Shown here piece after piece: positions 26,762-41,044 of a DNA stretch of 47,892 nt. Each line of letters begins with the position of its first letter. The stretch's first letter is position 1. The notes under the pieces are model-generated. The model searched no databases. It was not told the origin of the DNA and saw only the letters and a list, made by a program, of their open reading frames with translations. A program made the translations under genes and the position numbers. The DNA comes from an uncultured Pseudomonadota bacterium (GTDB lineage: Bacteria; Pseudomonadota; Alphaproteobacteria; Rs-D84; CACZYB01): positions 1 to 47,892 of the forward strand of contig CACZYB010000008.1 in assembly GCA_902785275.1 (NCBI GenBank). The letters run 5' to 3'.

Positions 26762-28096
26762 TTAGAATATTAATCTAAGTTTTACTCCTATCTCTGTTGT
26801 TTCAATTTTACCTTTTTCTGTTGCAGAAGTTGTGTACCCATTTTGTGTGTAAGATTCGCTTTCACACCAATCAGTATCTTCGTTCCATGCAAAGCCTTCT
26901 TTTATTGCCTGTGCAGTACAATAGTCAGTAATTTGGCCTTCGTCTGTATCTACTGTAGTTGCATCATCGGTTGGATCAACAATGTCAACAGCTTCGTATT
27001 CATAGTATACAACATCCTTTGACTTTATGGAACCATAATTTGCTTTTTTATAGTAGACATCAAGCATAGTCTTTTTATCAAGGTTGAATGTTAAGCCAGC
27101 TTCTATCGACCATGCAATATTGTTTGTCATTGCACCGAAGTGAGTTATTGTTCCGTCGTATTGGTAGTAACCAGCAAGATTATCACCTGTTGTTTCATCG
27201 TATGCAAGACCATCAGCGGTAGCTGGAATTTCTGCATTTCCGTATTCATCAGTTACAGTGTAATCACCGACAGTGTTAAATGACATACCGATACCGGCAC
27301 CGATGTATGGTGTTACAAATGATGTATCAAACAAGTCACCGAACATTTCTGTTACAGGAAACTGTATATTTAACATCAAAGCGTTTGACTTTATTGAACC
27401 GCCGGTAACATCAGATTCATCAGCACAATCAAATAAGAAATCACCATCATCACCATATTCGGATGGACCGCACCATTGTTCTTCGGTATATGCGGTAGAA
27501 TCGTATTTAAGACCGGAAATGTTTGTGTAAGAAACATCAATTCTTATATCACGATTTTGCATAACACCAAAGCCGAGGTTGAACATCTTTGGCTTTCCAA
27601 GTCCAGTGGATATATTATTCATAGGAGGAATTACCTTATCATTTGTAAGTCCAGTTCCATCAAACTTTCCGGAACCGTAACTTAGTAACAAATAATATTC
27701 TGTACCAAATTCTTCTGAAAGCTTTTTATCATTAAGTTGTTCCTGTGCACGTATTTGTGTTAGCACAGCTGGGCTTTGTAATACGTATTTTGTCGGTGTT
27801 TGATAACCATTTACGTTTTCGTAAAGTCTTTGATTAATAGTTGGATTTTTTGAGTAATCGACAACTGTTTTTGTTTTTAAATGAGGGGTTACAGTGTATG
27901 GGGTAGCATAGCTTCGAACATTATTATTTTGATATGCCCCAACGTGAGGAGGTAAGCGCATTTGAGAAGGATTGTTCGAATTTGCAGAATACACACCAAC
28001 CTGTTGAGGAAGTGCCATGTTGGATGTTTGAGAGTATGCTTTACCACATAGCAAAAAGCTAGTTATCAATAAAAGATAATTTCTTGTTTTTACCAC
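26762..28096 (-). CDS. Outer-membrane beta-barrel protein, paralog of 25451..26752
   Basis: Likely GTG start 28096, signal peptide, TPYIGAGIG, C-terminal IGVKLRLIF. Confidence 0.8.
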   Translation of the reverse strand: MVKTRNYLLLITSFLLCGKAYSQTSNMALPQQVGVYSANSNNPSQMRLPPHVGAYQNNNVRSYATPYTVTPHLKTKTVVDYSKNPTINQRLYENVNGYQTPTKYVLQSPAVLTQIRAQEQLNDKKLSEEFGTEYYLLLSYGSGKFDGTGLTNDKVIPPMNNISTGLGKPKMFNLGFGVMQNRDIRIDVSYTNISGLKYDSTAYTEEQWCGPSEYGDDGDFLFDCADESDVTGGSIKSNALMLNIQFPVTEMFGDLFDTSFVTPYIGAGIGMSFNTVGDYTVTDEYGNAEIPATADGLAYDETTGDNLAGYYQYDGTITHFGAMTNNIAWSIEAGLTFNLDKKTMLDVYYKKANYGSIKSKDVVYYEYEAVDIVDPTDDATTVDTDEGQITDYCTAQAIKEGFAWNEDTDWCESESYTQNGYTTSATEKGKIETTEIGVKLRLIF

Positions 28097-28176
28097 TTCT
28101 CTCTTCCCTCTCCATAAGAAATACAGCATTATTTTAACATAGAGGTGAAAATAAGTCTAGTGTTTTTTAATAAAAA

Positions 28177-28725
28177 TTATAAATTTGAGCGGATTTTATC
28201 AAATTTTTTTGAAATAATGTTGTCATAATTTTTGGAAATTTTTTCAATAGCCTTTGAAATTTTTTCTTTTTCTTCAGAATTGAACTTTCCAAGGACGTAA
28301 TTTACCACATCAATTTGAGGAGTATGATTGCGAGGGTGATCGATACCAATGCGAATCCTGTGGTAATTTGGTCCTATTGCTTTATCAATACTTTTAAGTC
28401 CATTGTGGCCGCCGTTGCTTCCACCTTGTTTTATTTTGATTCTTCCAGTTTCCAAATCTAAATCATCATGGATTATGATTACATCTTCGGGTTTGATTTT
28501 ATACATAGAAGATAGTGAAAGTACAGCCTCTCCGGAAAGATTCATATATGTTGTTGGCTTTGCAAGGATTACATTATCTTGTTTTGTGAAGAAATATTTG
28601 TTTTTTTCTTTGAATTCTGGAAAATTATGTTCTTCCTGTATTTTTTCAACAGTCATAAATCCAACATTATGACGTGTGTTTTCGTATTCGTTACCAATAT
28701 TTCCAAGTCCAACAATTAATATCAT
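28177..28725 (-). CDS. pth: Peptidyl-tRNA hydrolase
   Basis: LIVGLGN, TRHNVGF, KPTTYMNLSG, HDDLD, GGHNGLKS. Confidence 0.97.
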   Translation of the reverse strand: MILIVGLGNIGNEYENTRHNVGFMTVEKIQEEHNFPEFKEKNKYFFTKQDNVILAKPTTYMNLSGEAVLSLSSMYKIKPEDVIIIHDDLDLETGRIKIKQGGSNGGHNGLKSIDKAIGPNYHRIRIGIDHPRNHTPQIDVVNYVLGKFNSEEKEKISKAIEKISKNYDNIISKKFDKIRSNL

Positions 28726-28745
28726 TTGTTAATAATTCCTGTTAT

Positions 28746-29630
28746 TTATTCTTTTTCAAAATTTGTTAAGGCAATAATTTTTTGTTCTTGTGCTTTTTTT
28801 ATATACTCTTCATTTTCGGAAATCAACTTTTTCATAAGGTTGGAATTTATTTTATCCTTAACGGTTGAAATAAGTTTATTTGTATCATTATAGTCATCAA
28901 AACCTTCGTTATTAAATTTTTTTACTATATCTTCTATTTTAATATTGGAGTTTTTGAGATTATTGATTTTTCCGATATAAAAACCTTGTTTTGTATATGA
29001 ATCAAGACACGAAATCATACAACTGAAGCAGTCAAATGCGGAATTTGTATTCCATGAATTTTCACTGGTTACTATGTATGATTTGCATATTGCGTCAATT
29101 TCAGCAATGGTGTATATAATAGAGCAATCAAGTGGGGAAAGTTGCTTTGCATCAGTAAAAATACCTTTTTTATCCTGTAACATATGAGTTGATTCGTGGA
29201 TAATCATACGTTTGAATTTTGTAAGGTTTTCTTTACTCTTTGTTGTGTTATTTATTATATTTCGTGGAATTTCGATTTTATTTTTACCTATACCATAGGC
29301 TCCATTATAAGAACTGTTTTCATTAACAATTTCCAAAACAGTATTATTTTTTTCTAAAGATTTGATAATGAATTGAGAGGTTTCGTTATCGTCTTCTATG
29401 TCATAGATAAGATTTTTAAGAATTTTTGCAGTATCTTTATCTTTTTCATCGCAAGAAATATTTATTTCTGGATTTTTTATTGTCGTTTCAATAGATGCAA
29501 GGGGCGCCTCTTCGGCAATTAGGTCGTTGTTAAATTTGTTATGTGATAAAAGAATTCCTGAAAGAACGAAAATCTTTAATAATTTAGATTTTCGTATTTT
29601 TATTGATGCTTTGTCAAAAATATCTTTCAT
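28746..29630 (-). CDS. Hypothetical protein with HExxH putative metallopeptidase motif
   Basis: IIHESTHMLQ plus downstream AEIDA. Confidence 0.65.
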   Translation of the reverse strand: MKDIFDKASIKIRKSKLLKIFVLSGILLSHNKFNNDLIAEEAPLASIETTIKNPEINISCDEKDKDTAKILKNLIYDIEDDNETSQFIIKSLEKNNTVLEIVNENSSYNGAYGIGKNKIEIPRNIINNTTKSKENLTKFKRMIIHESTHMLQDKKGIFTDAKQLSPLDCSIIYTIAEIDAICKSYIVTSENSWNTNSAFDCFSCMISCLDSYTKQGFYIGKINNLKNSNIKIEDIVKKFNNEGFDDYNDTNKLISTVKDKINSNLMKKLISENEEYIKKAQEQKIIALTNFEKE

Positions 29631-29802
29631 TATTTATATATTTTTCCTTTTGTAACACTTTGTATATAATAACATATTTTGAAGGAAAATACTATTCTTA
29701 TTTTCTTTTATGTAAATTTTATAAAATTTGTATAAAAAAATCTTGTTAATGTCTAAAGAATGTGATATGATATAGGTATATAACTTAGGAAAGGAAATTA
29801 TT

Positions 29803-30762
29803 ATGAAAAGAGTTTTGTTAGGTCTAGCCTTGGTTTTAGGTGCGTCTAGTGCTAATGCTGCAGGTCTTTATCTTAGTGCTGGTTATGGAAAGTCAGATCC
29901 AGATTTGTCATATACAACAAAATCAAAATGTTCAGATCCAACTAATCAAACAATGTGCACTGTTGAAAGTGAAGGATATGAAGAATCTTTGAAAGAATTG
30001 CCTGGTTTCCCAAATGGTTATAAGTTGGCAGATTATAATTCTTCTAAAAAAATTGGATATCAAGCTGCTGATTGGGGTGCTGGTCTTAATGAAAAATATG
30101 ATTATAATACTAATGGCGGTGAGACAATGGCTCTTGCTGTTGGTTGGGATATTTCTCAAAACCCATTTAGATTTGAATTAGAATATCAAAAAACAAAATT
30201 TAAATCTCCTGGATACAGATGGACTGTAGTTGATCCTGAAGGAAACTATTTTATGGGTAAATACTCTAATGATGTTGATGAGTCTAATCCTGAAGGGTAT
30301 ACTAATTGTTTGAATGGTGTTTGTGTTAATTTGAATAAATCATTGCCTGCATCAGAATATAACTTTGATGTTTCATTCTATCAAGAAATGTCAGCGTCTG
30401 TTGATTCTCTTATGGCTAATGCTTACTTTGAAATACCAGGTTTTGGTCCAATTGATCCATATATCGGATTAGGTATTGGTAAGGCAAAGGTAGAATTTGA
30501 TTTCGCTGTACCAGAAGCTGATGAAAATGGTACAATTACTGGAGTTTCAAACCTTTCTGGTGGTTCAGATGGTATGGTTGCTGCAAAGCAATTAATACTT
30601 GGTGTTGAATACAGATTTGAAGAATCTCCTCTTATTGCAGGTATTGAATACCGTCAATTTAAGACAGATTTTGATGAAAGAGATGATAAAACACCATACA
30701 AATTTGAACATAAATATGTTATGTTGAAATTAAGATATGATTTCATTTCTGATGAATACTAA
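29803..30762 (+). CDS. Outer-membrane beta-barrel surface protein
   Basis: Signal peptide, FRFELEY, LMANAYFE, DPYIGLGIG, LKLRYDF. Confidence 0.82.
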   Translation: MKRVLLGLALVLGASSANAAGLYLSAGYGKSDPDLSYTTKSKCSDPTNQTMCTVESEGYEESLKELPGFPNGYKLADYNSSKKIGYQAADWGAGLNEKYDYNTNGGETMALAVGWDISQNPFRFELEYQKTKFKSPGYRWTVVDPEGNYFMGKYSNDVDESNPEGYTNCLNGVCVNLNKSLPASEYNFDVSFYQEMSASVDSLMANAYFEIPGFGPIDPYIGLGIGKAKVEFDFAVPEADENGTITGVSNLSGGSDGMVAAKQLILGVEYRFEESPLIAGIEYRQFKTDFDERDDKTPYKFEHKYVMLKLRYDFISDEY

Positions 30763-30780
30763 AAAAATTCCTTTTCTTTT

Positions 30781-30814
30781 TCCCCATGGTTTTTGAAATC
30801 GTGGGGATTTTTTT
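30781..30814 (+). terminator. Intrinsic terminator
   Basis: tccccatggttt...aaatcgtgggga followed by T run. Confidence 0.75.
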
Positions 30815-30874
30815 ATTTAAATATTTCTTGTCTTTTCTTGAGGTTTCATTTATTATTTAATATAAGTTAAATAA

Positions 30875-31875
<1,001 letters not shown>

Positions 31876-31876
<1 letters not shown>

Positions 31877-32775
31877 TGAAGTTTTTAAGGAGTCCTATTG
31901 GGCTTGTCCTTCGTAAAATTTTTAAACTTTTATCTATTTTGATTCCTGTTGAAAAACCACGTCGTTTTGTTAGGGAGTTTTTTGATTATAAAAGTGCGTA
32001 TCGTTTAAGATTGTATTTTAAACGCTATGTTCCTGTTGCTCCAAAGAGGAGGGAAAAGCTTGGACCTGCCTCTGATTATGTTTTTCAATGTTGGCTTCAG
32101 GGTGTGGAAAATGCACCGGTTTTGGTTAAAAAATGTATGCAAAGTGTGAAGTATTTTTGTAAGGGTAAGAAGTATGTTTTGATTACCTTGAAAAACTTTA
32201 AGGACTATGTTGATTTGCCGGATTATATTTTGGAAAAGTATGAATGTGGGATTATTTCTCATGCTCATTTTGCTGATATTTTAAGGCTTTGTTTGCTTTA
32301 TAAATATGGTGGATATTGGATTGATGCGACAATGTTAATGACAGATGTTTTTCCGGATGAAATTGAAAAGTTGGATAATTTTATGTATTATTCTGATGGA
32401 AAGTTTTATTGGACACTTATCAATAATTGCTTTATTTATTCAAGGCCAAAATCTTATTTAATCGGGGCATGGCGTGATGCAATGTTTAATTTTTGGAAGA
32501 ATGAAAATAAATGTTACAACTATTTCTTTGCACACATTATGTTTCAATGTTTGGTTAGAAATAATCCTTTTGCAAAGGCGGATTTTGAAAATATGCCTGT
32601 TGTTATGCAGACAAATAATCACACTCTTTTATCTATTTTCTTTAGTGAGTATGATAAGGAAAAATTTAAAAGTATTATTTCAAATTCTTTTATTCACAAG
32701 CTTACATATAAGCTTGAAAAGGGGATAAAGGAGCATCCAAATTCATATAAAAAGTTTGTTGAAGAAAGATTTTAA
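31876..32775 (+). CDS. Capsular polysaccharide synthesis protein (DxD-type glycosyltransferase)
   Basis: WLQG..NAP, ADILRLCLLYKYGGYWIDAT, HKLTYK. Confidence 0.85.
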
Positions 32776-33507
32776 TTACATCTTGAAATCTTCGCCAAGG
32801 TAGACTTTTCTTGCATCTGGGTTTGCAACGATTTCTTCTGGAGTACCTTCACACAAAACAACACCGTTGTGAAGAACGTATGCGCGGTCAGTGATTTCCA
32901 ATGTTTCACGAACGTTGTGGTCTGTAATCAAAACACCGTAGCCTTTATCTTTTAGATGAGAAACAAGTGTACGAATATCGTTTACGGCGATTGGATCAAC
33001 ACCGGCAAATGGTTCATCAAGCAAGATGAAATCAGGGTTTGCAGCCAATGCACGTGCAATTTCAAGACGACGTCTTTCACCACCGGAAAGGGCGATTGAT
33101 GGACTTTCACGAAGATGAGTTATTGAAAATTCAGCAAGTAATTCTTCTAGCTTTTGCATACGGTTATCCTTGTATTTTTCAACAACTTCAAGTACAGCCA
33201 TAATATTTTCCTCTACTGTAAGAGAACGGAAAATAGAAGCTTCCTGTGGAAGATAGCCGATACCCTTTTGTGCACGGCGGTAAAATGGAAGCTTTGTAAT
33301 GTTTTCGCCAGCAAGGGTTATTGAACCAAAATCAGGTGTTATCAAGCCGGTTATGCAATAAAAACATGTGGTTTTTCCGGCACCGTTTGGACCAAGAAGA
33401 CCAACGGCTTCACCTTGTTTTATATTGATAGAAACATTTTTTAAAACAGGACGTTTTGCATAAGTTTTTGCAATATTTTTAACAACTATTTCTTTTGGAT
33501 TTTCCAT
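32776..33507 (-). CDS. lptB: LPS export ABC transporter ATP-binding protein
   Basis: GPNGAGKTT, YLPQEASIF, LSGGERRR, DEPFAGVDP, TDHNVRETL. Confidence 0.96.
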   Translation of the reverse strand: MENPKEIVVKNIAKTYAKRPVLKNVSINIKQGEAVGLLGPNGAGKTTCFYCITGLITPDFGSITLAGENITKLPFYRRAQKGIGYLPQEASIFRSLTVEENIMAVLEVVEKYKDNRMQKLEELLAEFSITHLRESPSIALSGGERRRLEIARALAANPDFILLDEPFAGVDPIAVNDIRTLVSHLKDKGYGVLITDHNVRETLEITDRAYVLHNGVVLCEGTPEEIVANPDARKVYLGEDFKM

Positions 33508-33516
33508 TTTTAACCT

Positions 33517-34275
33517 TTATTTATCTGATGTAGTTTGGGTTGAAAATACACCGCTAACCTTACTGTTTTTATCCTTTGGTAATACCTTTGCAATACCGGT
33601 ATTCATATTGTATACAATTTTTCCACCGGAAAGATTTGCTTCGGTTCCCTTTTTGAAACGAACGTTTCCATCGATTGTAGCAAAGCCATTTTGAGGGTTG
33701 TATTCTGCACGGTCACCATAAAGTTCTTCCTCTCCGTCGATAAGTTTTATGTTACCGTCGGCGTGGATGTATTTAACTTGTTTTTTACCGTTCTTGTTTT
33801 CAAAAGTTATACGGATGTAATCAGAGAAAAGATGACGTCCGGAATGAATTATTTCGGCATTATCAGCAGTTGCATAGTTTTTGTTTTTGTAATAAATGAT
33901 TTTATCCTTTGTGATAATCTTACTGTCGGTACCGGTCATAACGGTAGGGTTGCCGGTTGAAAATAAATCAACACGTTCCGCATCAATATCGTAAAGCATT
34001 TTGTCGGCAGTGATATTTTCAGTTGAGGATTTTATTTTTACATTGTCGTTTGCATAAATTTTATAAATCTTTTTATTGTTACCCTTGTAAAGAGCTTCAA
34101 TATTATCGGCATTGAGTTCATAAGATGGAGTTTTTGCAGTTGCATTTTTATGCATTATTATTTTTTGATCCTTTTGGTTCCATTCAAGACCATCATCTGC
34201 GAAAAGTTCAATGTTTTCGGCATGTGCGGAAATGCTTCCTATGAATAAAAATACAATTAAAAATAGTTTAAACAT
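33517..34275 (-). CDS. lptA: LptA/OstA-family periplasmic protein (tandem jellyroll)
   Basis: Signal peptide, two OstA-like repeats, directly upstream of lptB. Confidence 0.75.
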   Translation of the reverse strand: MFKLFLIVFLFIGSISAHAENIELFADDGLEWNQKDQKIIMHKNATAKTPSYELNADNIEALYKGNNKKIYKIYANDNVKIKSSTENITADKMLYDIDAERVDLFSTGNPTVMTGTDSKIITKDKIIYYKNKNYATADNAEIIHSGRHLFSDYIRITFENKNGKKQVKYIHADGNIKLIDGEEELYGDRAEYNPQNGFATIDGNVRFKKGTEANLSGGKIVYNMNTGIAKVLPKDKNSKVSGVFSTQTTSDK

Positions 34276-34333
34276 ACATAATCCTTTATTTGTGCCATTG
34301 TATTATAGAGTATATATATTTTAAAAACAATAA

Positions 34334-37113
<2,780 letters not shown>

Positions 37114-37187
37114 AATTTTACCTTTTTTATGTTTTTTTGTGTATTATATAATAATTTTAATTTAAAAAAAGAAAAAAATTTGTTATA

Positions 37188-37955
37188 ATGTTATGGAGAT
37201 TGGAAATATTAAAAATGAGAGAATTCTTTTTTAAATTTAAGTTTATTTGTTTAACGTTTTTTGCGTCAATATCTGTTTTATTGATTATATTGCTTTTTAG
37301 GCAAAAATTGGTTTCGGATGATGCGTTTAAAATGACTTATCCAGAGGTTGTTTTTGTAAATAAAGTTTCTATTGATAAGGATGTTGCGGTTTCATCTCTT
37401 CGTGATTTGATTACACCATTTTTGGAACAAGAAAAGCTTTTGGAAGTGGATATAAGAACATTGTCTTCTCAAATAGAGGAGCTTGCTTGGGTGGAAAATG
37501 TTGCTGTTATACGTGATTTTCCAAATGTTTTGAAAATTATGATAAAATCAAAAAATGTAATCGGGTATAAGGCTTTTGATGGAAATTATCTTCCTGTTAG
37601 TGAAAATGGTGAGGTCTTGAATTTTCCTGTGGATTATGAAGGTGGATTTTTAATTTTTGGTGATCTTTCCGAAGAAAAATTGCCTGATCTTTTGAACTTT
37701 TTAAAATCTTATCCTAATCTTTTGAATAAGACTGTTGGAGCACAGCTTATAAACGGTTTAAGATGGAATTTGTATTTATATTCTGTTGATGAAGATGGTA
37801 TTTTGGTAAAGTTGGATAATTCTTTTTATGACGGAATAAAAAAACTTGAAGAGCTTGATTTATTACAAGGAATTTTAAGTAAAAATATTTCAGAAATTGA
37901 TTTGCGTGATTTGGATAAAATTCTTATAAAACAGAGGGGTAATAATGGCGTTTGA
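37188..37955 (+). CDS. ftsQ: Cell division protein FtsQ/DivIB
   Basis: TM helix, POTRA LAWVENVAVIRDFPN, RWNL, IDLR; upstream of ftsA; start uncertain (37188 or 37215). Confidence 0.82.
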   Translation: MLWRLEILKMREFFFKFKFICLTFFASISVLLIILLFRQKLVSDDAFKMTYPEVVFVNKVSIDKDVAVSSLRDLITPFLEQEKLLEVDIRTLSSQIEELAWVENVAVIRDFPNVLKIMIKSKNVIGYKAFDGNYLPVSENGEVLNFPVDYEGGFLIFGDLSEEKLPDLLNFLKSYPNLLNKTVGAQLINGLRWNLYLYSVDEDGILVKLDNSFYDGIKKLEELDLLQGILSKNISEIDLRDLDKILIKQRGNNGV

Positions 37956-39198
37956 TAAGAAAAGTTCATTAGGTTTTATTGATGTGGCATCCGGAAAGGT
38001 GCGCGTTATGATTATGTCTATTGATAAAAATTCAAAATTTGTATTACAAGGGAAAAGTGAAGTAGAATCTGTTGGATATAAGGGTGGAAAAATTTTGGAT
38101 TTTGATGCTTTTTCAAATTCTATTAATACAGCTTTGGAAATTGCAGAAAAACAGGTTGGAAAAAATATTTCTGATGTTGTTATTTCTTTGTCTGATTTTA
38201 AATATAAATCATATTTTCTTAAATCAAAAATTGATTTACCGTTTGAAAGAAAAATTACGGATGCTGATATAAAAAAATGTACATCGAATCTTTCTTTGAA
38301 CCAGACTGTGAATTTTGATAAGGAAACATTGGTGCATGTAATCCCTGTTGAATATATTATTGATAACAATAGAGTTGTTGATAATCCTGAGGGAAATTTT
38401 GCGAAAAGTTTGGTTATAAGATATCATATTATTACTGTTGATTCAGGGATGTATTCCTCTTTGATAAAAATATTTAATAGCTTGAATTTGAATGTAAGAA
38501 AGGTTGTAGCAAGTGCCTATGCTTCATCTTTGTCTTCGTTGATAGATGATGATAGGCAGGTTGGAACATTGCTTATCGATATTGGTAAATCAACAATGTC
38601 TGTTGCTATATTTATTGATGATAAGTTGTGTTATAACTATTCTTTTCCTTTGGGTGGGGATGCAATTACCAATACTATTTCAAAACAGATGAATGTTCGT
38701 TTTTCAGAGGCGGAACGTTTGAAAATAAGGTATGGCGCAAAGCCTCCTATGGCATTGGATTTTTCTGATTATATAAATGTTTATATGATTGGGGATAATG
38801 GTGAAAATGATGAAAGGGAAATATTAAAGTCTGATTATTTGACTGTTTCAAGTAATGCAACAAGAAGTTTGTTCCTTATAATAAAGAAATATTTCGAGCA
38901 AGAAAAAGTTTTATCCTATATAAACCGTGTTGTTGTTACTGGTGGTGGTTCGAAACTTTCGGGTATAAAGGATATAATTTCCGAAGTTTTTTCTTGTCCT
39001 GTAAGGTGTGCAAAACCTGTTAAACAAGAAGAGCTTTCCGAAAATTTTGATGATGCAAATTATGCTACTTTGGTTGGACTTTTTCTCTTTTATAAATTAA
39101 AATCAGTTACTGATTATACTGATTTTTCTTTGGAAGGGACTGAACGTAAAAATGTTTTTGATAGATTTATGAAGTTTTGGATGGAAAATTTTGGATAG
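37945..39198 (+). CDS. ftsA: Cell division protein FtsA
   Basis: LIDIGK, LGGDAIT, AERLKI, VVTGGGSKL, WMENF amphipathic tail. Confidence 0.9.
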   Translation: MAFDKKSSLGFIDVASGKVRVMIMSIDKNSKFVLQGKSEVESVGYKGGKILDFDAFSNSINTALEIAEKQVGKNISDVVISLSDFKYKSYFLKSKIDLPFERKITDADIKKCTSNLSLNQTVNFDKETLVHVIPVEYIIDNNRVVDNPEGNFAKSLVIRYHIITVDSGMYSSLIKIFNSLNLNVRKVVASAYASSLSSLIDDDRQVGTLLIDIGKSTMSVAIFIDDKLCYNYSFPLGGDAITNTISKQMNVRFSEAERLKIRYGAKPPMALDFSDYINVYMIGDNGENDEREILKSDYLTVSSNATRSLFLIIKKYFEQEKVLSYINRVVVTGGGSKLSGIKDIISEVFSCPVRCAKPVKQEELSENFDDANYATLVGLFLFYKLKSVTDYTDFSLEGTERKNVFDRFMKFWMENFG

Positions 39199-39237
39199 TG
39201 TTTTAAAATAGGACTAAGAATAGAAAAAGGATTTAAA

Positions 39238-41043
39238 ATGACAGATACAAAAAATACAGTAAAAGATGTTTATTATGATAAGTCAAAATATGATATATCA
39301 TCTATAATTGCTCCGTTTAAAAAGGAAATAAGAAAGGTTTTTGTTTTATCTTTCTTTATCAATTTTTTGACATTGATGATACCTTTGTTCGTTATGTTTT
39401 TGTTTGATGAAAAGTTTAGACTTGGGTTTCATGGTGAAGGACTTGTGAATTTAGTTGCTTTGATTGCGGTCGTTTGTTTTAACTTTTTATTTAGGTATGA
39501 AAGAGCATCTGTTATAAATTTTATTTTACGTTCTATTGATACAAATGTTTGTAATGGTATTTTAGAAAAGGTTTTTAAAATTCCAGCAAAGAAAATGGAA
39601 AAGAAAAATGATGCGTTTTGGCATTCTGTTTTTTCAGATATCGATGTAATAAGAAATGGACTTTCTGGATCATATATTATCAATTTGTTTGATATTCCGT
39701 TCGTTCTTTTATTTATGGGGTTGATTGGAATACTTTTGGGAAAGTATTTCTTTGTTATGGTGTTTATTGCTTTGTTCTATCTTGTTGTGGTATTTTCGGC
39801 AGGGTATACATTAAGTATTGTTGATGATAAGGAAAAGTTGGCGGTAAAGGAACGTGATGAACTTGTTTCAAACACAATTCGTGATTTATCATCACTTAAG
39901 ACTTTATCTTTGGCTGAAAAAATTATGTATATGTGGAAAGATTATCAAAGAAGTATAATTGATAACACATACAAAAGAAATTATACATTGGATATGTTTT
40001 TGGTTATTGCTTTTGTGATTTATTGTGTTGGCTTGGTTGTATTTTCTCTTATTGGTGAACATTCCTATAATTTCGGATTTATGAGCTTGGGGGCTTTGGT
40101 TGCAGTACTTTTGCTTTTTTCACACAGCTTTTATATCATAAATAATTTTATAAAATATTTTCCACAGTATTTTAAGTTTTCAAATTCAACTGAACGTCTT
40201 GCACAGGTTATGGCAGAGCAGGTTGATGCAATTAAAACCGAGGAGATTGAAGATATTACTTTGGGTAATATTGAACTTAAAGATTTTACTTTGGAAGATA
40301 ACAGAAATAATGTAATTTTAAAAAATGTAAACTTTACATTTAAGGATGGTTTATTGTATGTGATTAGGGCGAAAAATACATTTGAAGGTTCGCTTTTCTT
40401 GAAATCTCTTTTTGGTGGGTATGAAGCTTCGAATGGAGAAGTTCTTTTTGATAGATATAATGTGATGAACCTTAAGACAGATAGTTTGAAAGATTATATC
40501 CATTATGCAAGTGAGAATGCCTTTGTTTTGGAAGGTACAATAAAAGAAAATTTGACTTGTCTTGTTTCAAAAACTTCTTCAGATAATGATTTTGCTGGCT
40601 TTATGGATTATAAGGAAGTTTCAAAACTTCTTGGGTTTGATGAAGTTGTTAAAAACCTTCCTAATGGTTACAATACTTTGATTGCACCAAAGGCAGATGT
40701 GCTTTCATTGGAAGAATTAAAGCTTTTGAGTATTGTTCGTGTGTTTGTTGGTAACCCAAGGGTTATTCTTCTTGATCAACCATTCTTGGGATTACGAAAA
40801 AAGTACAAAGAAAATATTATTAAGCTTTTGCAAGATATTTCAAAAGATAAAATTATAATAATTTCTACACAGGAAAAGGAACTTTCGAAGCGTTTGGTTT
40901 TGAATATTGAAGATGAAAAGATTTCAACTTTGACTGTGGAGGCATTTAACGATGCGGCAAAGGATTTGCAAAACAAGATTTATGGGGATGATGATCCAAC
41001 AGAAAATCGAGCTTTGTTTAGGAGAATTTTTAGGAAAAAGTAA
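39238..41043 (+). CDS. Type I secretion-like ABC transporter with degenerate ATPase motifs
   Basis: ABC membrane domain, GTIKENL, LPNGYNT; Walker A, signature and Walker B degenerate. Confidence 0.75.
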   Translation: MTDTKNTVKDVYYDKSKYDISSIIAPFKKEIRKVFVLSFFINFLTLMIPLFVMFLFDEKFRLGFHGEGLVNLVALIAVVCFNFLFRYERASVINFILRSIDTNVCNGILEKVFKIPAKKMEKKNDAFWHSVFSDIDVIRNGLSGSYIINLFDIPFVLLFMGLIGILLGKYFFVMVFIALFYLVVVFSAGYTLSIVDDKEKLAVKERDELVSNTIRDLSSLKTLSLAEKIMYMWKDYQRSIIDNTYKRNYTLDMFLVIAFVIYCVGLVVFSLIGEHSYNFGFMSLGALVAVLLLFSHSFYIINNFIKYFPQYFKFSNSTERLAQVMAEQVDAIKTEEIEDITLGNIELKDFTLEDNRNNVILKNVNFTFKDGLLYVIRAKNTFEGSLFLKSLFGGYEASNGEVLFDRYNVMNLKTDSLKDYIHYASENAFVLEGTIKENLTCLVSKTSSDNDFAGFMDYKEVSKLLGFDEVVKNLPNGYNTLIAPKADVLSLEELKLLSIVRVFVGNPRVILLDQPFLGLRKKYKENIIKLLQDISKDKIIIISTQEKELSKRLVLNIEDEKISTLTVEAFNDAAKDLQNKIYGDDDPTENRALFRRIFRKK

Positions 41044-41044
41044 G

